From contig JAPYUX010000001.1 in NCBI GenBank assembly GCA_029940375.1, forward strand, positions 184,362 to 248,361: a stretch of 64,000 nt of DNA, in the 5' to 3' direction. Positions 56,435-64,000 of the stretch are shown here, one piece after another (the stretch's first letter is position 1; the number at the start of each line of letters is the position of its first letter). Made by a program: the position numbers and the translations under genes. This DNA comes from Dehalococcoidia bacterium (lineage in GTDB: Bacteria > Chloroflexota > Dehalococcoidia > Lucifugimonadales > Lucifugimonadaceae). Below the pieces are notes generated by a model. It saw only the letters and a program-made list of their open reading frames with translations, made no database searches and was not told where the DNA came from.

Positions 56435-58423
56435 TTAAGTTATGATTTTAATTCTTTGCGAGCTTTTAAAATTATCTTTATATGATAAAAATATAATTTC
56501 AGCAGCCTGTCCTATTGTTATGACTTTATCATTCACTTGTATTTGATTTGAAAGATGGAAATTTAAATTACTTTTATTTGATGCAGATTTTATCATTTCA
56601 ATAAATTCAGAATTTGTAATCGAACTATCTTCCTCTTGTTTTGATGTATAAATTTTTTTAGCAAGAATATTTGGGTCGAAATTTTTATTTAATAACTTTG
56701 AGTAACAATTTGCCCAATTTTCAGCAACTGATTTCGAAAGTGGATCATTTGCTCTTGCGTTATAGTCTGTAAAAAAACCCTTGGTACATAAAAAATGTAT
56801 TGAAATACTTTGATTGTTTAAATTATCAATATCAACATCATTAAAGAATGATATTTCAAAACCATTTTCAACCAATTGGATCTGTAAATAATCTGTTTCT
56901 AATTGAGCTACATTGGTATCTTGTTCTTTTGATATTAATGAAGCAAAACCAGCAACTTCACCCAACTGAATTAATGTTGGTTCTACACGAATTGTTCCAA
57001 AACCTACATGAGTTGCAGAAAGACATACTGTAACCATAAGATTATCAATCCCCTTAGGTAATAGACATCTATAGGGAATTTGAGAAGGTCTAGTTTTCTC
57101 AGACAATAAAACTTTTCCGTCATATAAACTTCCTGGTTGTCGATTCATGGTACACTCATGAGAATCCATTGGCCAATCTGCTATTGCTATAGAATCTTTT
57201 TGAATAGGAGTTCTTTCAAAACTAGATGATAATGATGCATCTTGTTCAGTAAAAATATATCTTCCGACAATCCTTCTTGCTTCTCTAACGTACATTTCTT
57301 TTGGAAAGTTTTGATTGTCAACAAATTCATCTTTTGCTAGTCCCCATTTTTTCGAAGAATCTCTTATATTTTTTGGTACTTCATTGTCGTATTGCAAAAA
57401 ATACAAAAGCCCCAGAGCATGTTCTCTATGTAATTTTGAAATTAGTAACCTTGTATCTGCATCTCCTTCCGGGTAAGGATGGTTCATTTCAGGTAAGTTT
57501 CCATCATTCCAACTGATTTTGTTATTAGGCATTCTAGGACCTCTGATTTTATAATTGTTTATATCATTTACAACTAATTGACTTTTCAGATGATGGCGTT
57601 TCTTTCTTGATTCCTTTTCAGACTCTAAAACTCCTAAGTAGTTTTCACGCTTATAGCCTTTGGGTTTCTCTATAGAAATCATTAAGTCCGGGTCTGAAGT
57701 TAGGCAAACTCTATAAGTAAATGCTTGAATTGCTTTGTCTCCTTCTCCCGTACTTCCACTAAAAATTAATTGTGAGGTTACAGGAAAAGTATCTAAATTA
57801 AGATCTCCTTCTGAAGCTTCAAGAGGAAAAGCTCCGAAACCATGTGTTGAAAAAATACGGCCTGCATGTGGCTCATTAAATTCTGTATTAGATTCTCTGC
57901 CAACCCTATAAGGAACTCCAGAAAGACTCGCTAGATCACCTTCATAAGAAGCATCTACGTATGTTTTAGCTATAAGTTTTAATTTTTCTTTATTAACAAT
58001 TGATTTTATTTCAAGGGAATTAATTTGATTATTTTCGATATCTAGCTCATTAGGTATGAAAGATTTAAAAATTTTTATTTGTTTATTGTTTTTAACAATG
58101 TTATTAAGAATATGCTCAGCCACATGAGGCTCAAAAGTTAATCTAGTATCTTTACAAACTTTAACTTGTTCTGAATTTTCTCCATATTTATTAATATAAA
58201 ATTTGATTATATTTTCAGTAATTTCATTAAAAACAGGTGAACGAAATCCATTGTAAAGTCGATCCATAACTCCTAATCCATTTGAGAGTATTCCACCGAG
58301 TTGATCGTTAGACGATATTAAGGCAACTTTAAGGCCTTTACGTCCAGCAGTTACTGCTGTAGCTATCCCTGAAGGAGTTGCCCCAAATACAGCAAGATCA
58401 ATATTGATTGAATTTTCAGACAT
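56435..58423 (-). CDS. FAD-dependent oxidoreductase (FAD_oxidored-type, 662 aa)
   Basis: N-terminal DLAVFGATPSGIATAVTAGRKGLKVALIS…LGG dinucleotide fold. Confidence 0.7.
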   Translation of the reverse strand: MSENSINIDLAVFGATPSGIATAVTAGRKGLKVALISSNDQLGGILSNGLGVMDRLYNGFRSPVFNEITENIIKFYINKYGENSEQVKVCKDTRLTFEPHVAEHILNNIVKNNKQIKIFKSFIPNELDIENNQINSLEIKSIVNKEKLKLIAKTYVDASYEGDLASLSGVPYRVGRESNTEFNEPHAGRIFSTHGFGAFPLEASEGDLNLDTFPVTSQLIFSGSTGEGDKAIQAFTYRVCLTSDPDLMISIEKPKGYKRENYLGVLESEKESRKKRHHLKSQLVVNDINNYKIRGPRMPNNKISWNDGNLPEMNHPYPEGDADTRLLISKLHREHALGLLYFLQYDNEVPKNIRDSSKKWGLAKDEFVDNQNFPKEMYVREARRIVGRYIFTEQDASLSSSFERTPIQKDSIAIADWPMDSHECTMNRQPGSLYDGKVLLSEKTRPSQIPYRCLLPKGIDNLMVTVCLSATHVGFGTIRVEPTLIQLGEVAGFASLISKEQDTNVAQLETDYLQIQLVENGFEISFFNDVDIDNLNNQSISIHFLCTKGFFTDYNARANDPLSKSVAENWANCYSKLLNKNFDPNILAKKIYTSKQEEDSSITNSEFIEMIKSASNKSNLNFHLSNQIQVNDKVITIGQAAEIIFLSYKDNFKSSQRIKIIT

Positions 58424-58502
58424 TATAATAAGTTTTTATTCATTTAAAATATAATATTCGAATTATAAATCAATTATATTATTTTTCAAAAAGGGGATTG
58501 AT

Positions 58503-58546
58503 TGATAACCCATATAGGATTTGAACCTGTGACCTTATTTTAAAAA
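58503..58546 (-). pseudogene. Degenerate copy of the 3' half of tRNA-Lys (CCA end to anticodon loop)
   Basis: TGATAACCCATATAGGATTTGAACCTGTGACCTTAT matches 59383-59418 at 31 of 36 positions, then TTTAAAA versus CCTTAAAA. Confidence 0.7.
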
Positions 58547-59269
58547 ATCATGGATAATCTCTCCATAACCCTCAGTAAAATCCATTTCAATATAATATGC
58601 GTCAAAATATTCGACAGGTTTAAAATCTGACAAATCATATACTGGAGTTGGTGAAAACTCCACTACACCATCTCCTTTACGGCTAACTCGAACTGATACA
58701 TCAGTTGCAACTTTCGAACCATCAATTATTTGCATAACATCTACACCTTTCCCATCTACCTTTGGTATAACCTTAAGCCTCCAAGATGGTTGTAAATCAG
58801 GTATATCACTCATTTCAACCTTCTTATGCATAGTAGAACGTATGCTAAGGATAGAAGACTTTGCTATGCAAGTATCGGTGTACATAACTCTTTCATCCAT
58901 TCCGATATCAATATCGGCAAATACTTTAGGTGTTCCATAAATCTCACGCCCTGCAGGTATACTAGACCGAGAATTCAAAAAAGCCACTGGAACAAAATAT
59001 CCTGTGATTCCATTGTAGCTACACTTAACTGTTAGGTAACTTTCTTGAAATTCTCCATAGTTAGCAGACCAAGGTACGGTTAGACCGCTTGCTACACATA
59101 AACCATCCTCTGAAGGCTCGAAACAATCGGGTAAAATCCGATTTACTGCATCGATTTCTGCCCTGAAAAACACGTTATGCATACGAACTCCAATATACCT
59201 AGCTGGAGGCATTGGATAATAAGGAGAGAATGCTGGCATAGTCACGATATCGTTGATTGGAATTGACAT
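58535..59269 (-). CDS. Acetoacetate decarboxylase (ADC)-family protein
   Basis: …PAGREIYGTPKVFA… and beta-cone-sized 244 aa; G+C about 42% in two hand-counted 60-nt lines versus 23% in one hand-counted line of the neighbouring nuclease gene. Confidence 0.65.
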   Translation of the reverse strand: MSIPINDIVTMPAFSPYYPMPPARYIGVRMHNVFFRAEIDAVNRILPDCFEPSEDGLCVASGLTVPWSANYGEFQESYLTVKCSYNGITGYFVPVAFLNSRSSIPAGREIYGTPKVFADIDIGMDERVMYTDTCIAKSSILSIRSTMHKKVEMSDIPDLQPSWRLKVIPKVDGKGVDVMQIIDGSKVATDVSVRVSRKGDGVVEFSPTPVYDLSDFKPVEYFDAYYIEMDFTEGYGEIIHDFLK

Positions 59270-59382
59270 TAGATACTCCTACTTTTTTTAAATTACTCTT
59301 TCTGTAATATTAGTTTTTATATATTTCATAAGAATATTATGAGATAAGATTCTAAGTTTATCAATTAGTTTCTAATCAGTAC

Positions 59383-59458
59383 TGGTACCCCGTACAGGAT
59401 TCGAACCTGTGACCTTATCCTTAAAAGGGATCTGCTCTACCAACTGAGCTAACGGGGC
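59383..59458 (-). tRNA. tRNA-Lys (anticodon UUU), CCA encoded
   Basis: Reverse complement GCCCCGTTAGCTCAGTTGGTAGAGCAGATCCCTTTTAAGGATAAGGTCACAGGTTCGAATCCTGTACGGGGTACCA; canonical D and T arms. Confidence 0.9.
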
Positions 59459-59607
59459 TTGCATTTAATTTTAGTACAAAATTGAAATACACCTTTTCAA
59501 TTATATAATTTCAAAGTTTAGATTGTAACTTTTTATTAATACAATATATTTTATTTAATTGTTTTTATGTAATAGTATTTAAAATATTTTCATTTTCAGA
59601 AACAATT

Positions 59608-60270
59608 ATGCTCACAACTATAAAGTTAAGTCCCTCAAATCTAACTTTTCTTTGGCACTCATGCAAGAAATGTTTTTATAATCATTATATTAATAAAATA
59701 AGAAGACCCATGGCTATGCCATTGGTAGGGAAGATGTCTTCATTATCAGAACAATGGTTTTTAGATAAAACAACTGACAGCATAGATTCCAATCTACCAA
59801 AAGGTATAGTTACAAAATCTCAACTTTCTCTTTCAGCTGAAATAGAAACAAATGAAGAATTATCAAATAAATATCTTCTTTCAGGAAAAATTGATCTATT
59901 AGTTGAGTTTGAAGATGGAAATTTTGGTATATATGATTGCAAAAATTCTTCTGGAGAATCTGATAAAAGTTGGATGTACTACACTCAATTGGCAGCATAC
60001 AAATATAGTTTTGAAAAAATGGGTTTGGGACATATATCTCATTTAGGTTTAATTTATCAAATAATAGATTCTTTTGATAAAAATGAAAATTCTGATGATG
60101 TTTTCTATTTTAAAACATCACAGAAATTTGTTCATGTAGATATAAAAATGGAAAGATTTATAAAACTTTTATCGGATGTAATTCAGTGTTTGGAATCAGA
60201 AATTCCTCCACTTTCAAACAAAAAGTGTAATTATTGCATTTTTGCAGAAAAATACAATAATTTTGACTAA
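59608..60270 (+). CDS. PD-(D/E)xK nuclease-superfamily protein with Cas4/AddB-like four-cysteine arrangement
   Basis: N-terminal CKKC, GKIDLL…IYDCK (D…D-x-K), QLAAYKY (QxxxY), C-terminal CNYC. Confidence 0.6.
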   Translation: MLTTIKLSPSNLTFLWHSCKKCFYNHYINKIRRPMAMPLVGKMSSLSEQWFLDKTTDSIDSNLPKGIVTKSQLSLSAEIETNEELSNKYLLSGKIDLLVEFEDGNFGIYDCKNSSGESDKSWMYYTQLAAYKYSFEKMGLGHISHLGLIYQIIDSFDKNENSDDVFYFKTSQKFVHVDIKMERFIKLLSDVIQCLESEIPPLSNKKCNYCIFAEKYNNFD

Positions 60271-61469
60271 TTTATACTTTTAAGATTTCTAATAGATTTT
60301 TTAGTACTTAAAAGATACCCTATAAACAACAAACAAATAATTGGACCTAAGGTCATTCCTAACCGTATATTAAATAACTCACCCATCCCACCAACCCAAA
60401 GACCTCCGAGAACCCCCAAACTAATGTGTATTGCCAATATCCCCATTACTCTACCCCTAATGTGTTCAGGGACTTTATGTTGTAAGATTGTCCAAATTGA
60501 TAGCGTAGTAAATCCATTGAAAAAATGTCCTATAAGTGCCAGAGGAAATATGTATATTATGCTTGTAGAAAGTGAAACTAAAATAATGAATAATGAAAAC
60601 ATGCAAGCTGAAAGTAAGATTTTAATTCCTAAATAATTTTTTATATTAATGTTACCTGCAGTTAGTAGACCTGTTAAAGCTCCTATTCCTGCTGATGAAA
60701 ACATAAATCCTAACTCTCTTGCTGTGCCGTTAAAAATGTCTATAAATGCTGGTAAAGCCTGTATATATCCAAATATAAAGAAATTTGTAAAATAAGTTAC
60801 TAATATCAAGGAATAAAAAAGCTCATTATTTTTAACAAATTTTAGCCCTTCTGTAAAGAAATTTAGATGATTGCCCGTATCATTTTTTACTTTCACATTT
60901 GGCAAAAAAAATGTAGAGAAGCACATGATTAAATATCCTAGGCTGGAAAGAAAAATACCTATTGAAGATCCATATTGAACTATTAATAATCCTCCTATTG
61001 TTGGTACGATAACACTTGATCCAGCAAAGGTTGCTCCATTTAAAGTGATGCCTGATTTGAGAAATTTATTAGGGATAATTCTAGGAAAATAAGAATTTCT
61101 AGCTGGAAAATCTATGCCCAACAAAATACCTAACAGTATGCAGATCATATAAACATGGATTGGTTTTACAATTTCATTGATATCTATAAATGCTAGAAAC
61201 GCTAAGGTTAATGAAAGAAAAAAAGATAACAAAAACAATATGATTCTAACATTATATTTGTCGGCAATTATACCGCCAATTAAATTAAAAAACATTATCG
61301 GTACTGCTGAAGCAGCCGCAACTATACCCAAACTGATTGCAGAACCAGATAGACGAAAAATTAGAATTGAAATAGCTACTATAATTAAACGATGTCCAAA
61401 CATGGCAAATAATGACCCTAGCCAGTATATTCTAAAGTCTCTTGAGGTCAAAGCAACGAATGGATTCAT
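60267..61469 (-). CDS. MFS transporter
   Basis: 12 hydrophobic segments, 400 aa; 6 nt after the upstream ThDP-enzyme gene. Confidence 0.85.
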   Translation of the reverse strand: MNPFVALTSRDFRIYWLGSLFAMFGHRLIIVAISILIFRLSGSAISLGIVAAASAVPIMFFNLIGGIIADKYNVRIILFLLSFFLSLTLAFLAFIDINEIVKPIHVYMICILLGILLGIDFPARNSYFPRIIPNKFLKSGITLNGATFAGSSVIVPTIGGLLIVQYGSSIGIFLSSLGYLIMCFSTFFLPNVKVKNDTGNHLNFFTEGLKFVKNNELFYSLILVTYFTNFFIFGYIQALPAFIDIFNGTARELGFMFSSAGIGALTGLLTAGNINIKNYLGIKILLSACMFSLFIILVSLSTSIIYIFPLALIGHFFNGFTTLSIWTILQHKVPEHIRGRVMGILAIHISLGVLGGLWVGGMGELFNIRLGMTLGPIICLLFIGYLLSTKKSIRNLKSIN

Positions 61470-61475
61470 ATTTGC

Positions 61476-63128
61476 TTATGCTTTGTGTCCTCTTTTAGAA
61501 ACCATGCTTGTTTTTATATCAATGAGTACAGTTCTCCCTGAAATATTTAATCCTTTTGCAGTTTCTAACGCAGGCTCTATTTCAGAAATTTTTGTTACCT
61601 GTATACCATGAGCGCCAAATGCTCGAGCAAAATCGGCATAATTTCCAGTCATAAGACCAACTCCTGATTTTTCTCGAGCAATAGGGAAGTCTGCAGGACT
61701 TCCTACTGGATATGTAGCCATTCCTCCATTATTAAATACTATAGTTGTTATCCCGATTTTTTGACGTGTTGCTGTTTCGAAATCCATTCCTGACATTCCG
61801 AAAGCACCATCTCCCATTACATTCACACAAAATTTATCGGGATGGGCTAATTTTGCTCCAATAATTAGCGGTAATCCAAAACCTAAATGAGTAGTTTTTC
61901 CCCATCCGATATAACTATGAGGCGTTGTTGCGTTAATAAATGCTACCATTTGTTCTCTTGGAGCTCCTGCGTCATGAGTTATGATACTGTTTTCTAAATT
62001 TAGACATTTATTTAATTCATTGACAATTCTATAAGGGCTTATTGGTTCTTCATCACTATTTAGAAAAGGTTTGAAATCATCATCCATTTCTTTTTTATAT
62101 TTTGCTATTTCATTTCTTATTGTTGGATCATCCATTTTTGCTGTACCATACAGTTCCTGCAAGTCTTCAATTAGCAAATTGATTGTTTCTTTTGTATCAC
62201 CTATTAATGAGACTTCTACTGATTCATCTTTATTAATATCGTCTACATTATCAACATTTTGAATTATAGTTTTTCCAGGTGGTATTGATTGTGCATATGA
62301 AGTCCCAGTTAAACTAGTTCCTAAAGCAAGTATAGTATCTGAGTGAGTTAAAAATTCCTTTGCTGCCAAAGTAGTGGTTTGGGATCCTGCACCTATTGAT
62401 AGATCGTGTCTTTCATCAATCGCTGATTTCCCAGGCATTGTTGTAAATACAGGAGCTGATAACAATTCAGCTAAAGTTTGTAATTCTTCTGTAGCGTTAG
62501 CCATCAATACTCCCTGACCAGCCCATATCATTAGATTTTTAGAATCATGTATTATATTTGAAGCATCTTCAATTGCTTCTTTGCTAGGTCTATAAGTATG
62601 TCTCTTTGGTGAATGGTAAGAATTTTCAATTTGAACTGGCACTTCCTGAGAGCAGACATCCTGAGGCATTTCTACAACAACAGGGCCCGGTTTGCCGTTT
62701 TTCAAGTGATGAAAAGCTCTTCTCATTGCATTCGGAATATCCTCTACTTTTAGGATTGTTTCAGCGTACTTTGAAATTGGTTCATATATTCTGCTTGCCC
62801 AAAAATTTGGTTTTACGGAAATCTTATCTAGTGTAGGTGCTCCTGGCATGAATAATACTGGTATATTATCTGCATAAGCTTGAGATAATGCTCCTACTGA
62901 ATTTTCTGCTCCAGCTTGTGATTGAACAAGACAAACCCCAAATTTTTGTCTGTCACTTGTCCTGCTATAACCATCAGCAGCCATTAATGCTCCTCTTTCA
63001 TGTCTGAAAGCAATTACTCTAATGTCTTCTTTTGAACTGGCTTCAATTAAAGGATTACTAGGAAAACATGTTATTATTTCCGTTCCTTCTAATTTCAAAA
63101 TCTTTGCTATAAGTGCGGTGCCATTCAT
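61476..63128 (-). CDS. Thiamine-diphosphate-dependent enzyme (acetolactate synthase large-subunit-like)
   Basis: …HERGALMAADGYSR…, …GDGAFGMSGMDFETA…NNGG…. Confidence 0.85.
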   Translation of the reverse strand: MNGTALIAKILKLEGTEIITCFPSNPLIEASSKEDIRVIAFRHERGALMAADGYSRTSDRQKFGVCLVQSQAGAENSVGALSQAYADNIPVLFMPGAPTLDKISVKPNFWASRIYEPISKYAETILKVEDIPNAMRRAFHHLKNGKPGPVVVEMPQDVCSQEVPVQIENSYHSPKRHTYRPSKEAIEDASNIIHDSKNLMIWAGQGVLMANATEELQTLAELLSAPVFTTMPGKSAIDERHDLSIGAGSQTTTLAAKEFLTHSDTILALGTSLTGTSYAQSIPPGKTIIQNVDNVDDINKDESVEVSLIGDTKETINLLIEDLQELYGTAKMDDPTIRNEIAKYKKEMDDDFKPFLNSDEEPISPYRIVNELNKCLNLENSIITHDAGAPREQMVAFINATTPHSYIGWGKTTHLGFGLPLIIGAKLAHPDKFCVNVMGDGAFGMSGMDFETATRQKIGITTIVFNNGGMATYPVGSPADFPIAREKSGVGLMTGNYADFARAFGAHGIQVTKISEIEPALETAKGLNISGRTVLIDIKTSMVSKRGHKA

Positions 63129-63239
63129 TTATCAGGTCTCCATTTCTAAAATCTTTTATTCTAATCTTCTCATTTATTTAGCTTACAACAAATAAAGAGA
63201 TTTTTGTGTTTTTATTTATTATTTATTATCGAATGAAAA

Positions 63240-64000
63240 CTATAAACTTCCATCAATCATTAATTCAATTAATTTCGGTTTATTTGCTTTTATTGCTCTG
63301 TTAAGTTCTTTAGAAATCTCTCTGGGATCTTTAATTCTGATCGAATCTACTCCCATAGCATTTGCTATTTTGGTGTGATTAAGAACTAAAGGAAAATCCA
63401 TATAAGGATATGATCCAGAAAGTTCATCTTCTTTCCTGACCAATTTTCTATAATAGTCGATGTTTACTTTAAGAATTCTATATGATTGATTATTCAATAT
63501 CACAAAAATACAAGGTATATTGTCATTAGCAGCAGTCCAATACCCTTGAGCAGTCATCATTGCTGAACCATCACCAATAATTCCAATGACTTTTTTTTCT
63601 GGACTTGCACATTGAGCTCCCATAGTTGCTCCTACTCCCCATCCTATAGCTCCACCTCTTCCCGAAATCATACTATCAGAATTTTTAAATTCTAAATAAT
63701 GCATCACAGCATCACTATGGCTTACTGAATCATTTATAATTATTGAATTTTTAGGAATGCTTTTTGAAAGTTCGTACATAGCTCTTTCAGGAGACATTAG
63801 TGTGTTATTCCAATTTTTTTTAGCTTTCTCATTATAAATTTCCTCATTTTCTTTTTTTATTTTTTTGATTGCTGTAATTCTATCCTTGTAATTTTTCGTC
63901 CCAGTTATAGTATCGGACAATTCAATATTTAATTGATTTAAGATAATATTCAGGTTCCCTAAACCATAGAAAATCGCAGGCTGCCTATTTCCTTGAGTAG
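63240..64000 (-). CDS. Thiamine-diphosphate-dependent decarboxylase (benzoylformate decarboxylase-like), 5' end beyond the window
   Basis: …GGAIGWGVGATMGA…IGDGSAMMT…NNQSY…; frame stays open from 63920 to 64000, so the ORF-track TTG start is internal. Confidence 0.8.
   Translation of the reverse strand, partial: TQGNRQPAIFYGLGNLNIILNQLNIELSDTITGTKNYKDRITAIKKIKKENEEIYNEKAKKNWNNTLMSPERAMYELSKSIPKNSIIINDSVSHSDAVMHYLEFKNSDSMISGRGGAIGWGVGATMGAQCASPEKKVIGIIGDGSAMMTAQGYWTAANDNIPCIFVILNNQSYRILKVNIDYYRKLVRKEDELSGSYPYMDFPLVLNHTKIANAMGVDSIRIKDPREISKELNRAIKANKPKLIELMIDGSL

Noticed and set aside
1-64000. tRNA-Sec (selC), tmRNA, rRNA, RNase P or other structured RNAs in the non-coding gaps
   Set aside because: Apart from the three tRNAs and the tRNA-Lys fragment, no G+C-rich structured segment was seen in any gap. 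All other gaps are short or nearly pure A/T. This needs Infernal/Rfam to be definitive.

Overview
AT-rich window, roughly 30% G+C from hand counts of a few lines. It is very gene-dense: about 75 CDS and 3 tRNA genes. Ten convergent gene pairs are 9 nt or less apart or overlap, and many co-directional genes overlap. All calls rest on motif recognition in the supplied translations and on reading the DNA; no homology search was run.

Housekeeping genes: secD (5' end cut by the window edge), secF, selB-hemW-unknown-ychF, holA, the dcd-ribD-ribE-ribBA-ribH operon, lepB, ogt, and tRNA-Gln(CUG), tRNA-Glu(CUC) and tRNA-Lys(UUU).

The rest is dominated by paralogous catabolic enzymes:
- 4 enolase-superfamily (mandelate racemase-like) dehydratases
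- 2 phosphotriesterase-family hydrolases and 1 amidohydrolase_2 lactonase-like protein
- 2 RraA/HMG-aldolase-like proteins, 1 HpcH aldolase and 1 DHDPS-family lyase
- 3 thiamine-diphosphate enzymes
- 3 SDRs, a Zn-ADH and a 2-hydroxyacid dehydrogenase
- a Baeyer-Villiger-type flavin monooxygenase, a PQQ-type sugar dehydrogenase and an M42 peptidase
- a serine beta-lactamase-family hydrolase and a class-III aminotransferase

I see no recognisable transcription factor, integrase, transposase or CRISPR array. The content resembles streamlined marine heterotrophs with enolase and monooxygenase paralog expansions, such as SAR202-type Chloroflexota, but that is only a guess.

Observations most worth a second look:
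1. tRNA-Lys plus a displaced 44-nt copy of its own 3' half bracket a G+C-rich acetoacetate-decarboxylase-like gene.
2. An unannotated 51-codon 4-Cys ORF ends 1 nt before the ogt start, and ogt overlaps a LmbE/PIG-L deacetylase gene.
3. A 46-47 nt promoter/leader is duplicated in front of two genes, each time placing an ATG 12 nt downstream.
4. A stand-alone Prim-Pol-like protein has substituted catalytic motifs.
5. 34-nt direct repeats flank a SHOCT-like repeat protein next to a tRNA pair.
6. Tandem coiled-coil lipoprotein paralogs are translationally coupled to the monooxygenase gene.
7. Repeated lactonase-dehydratase-aldolase modules occur with no regulators in view.
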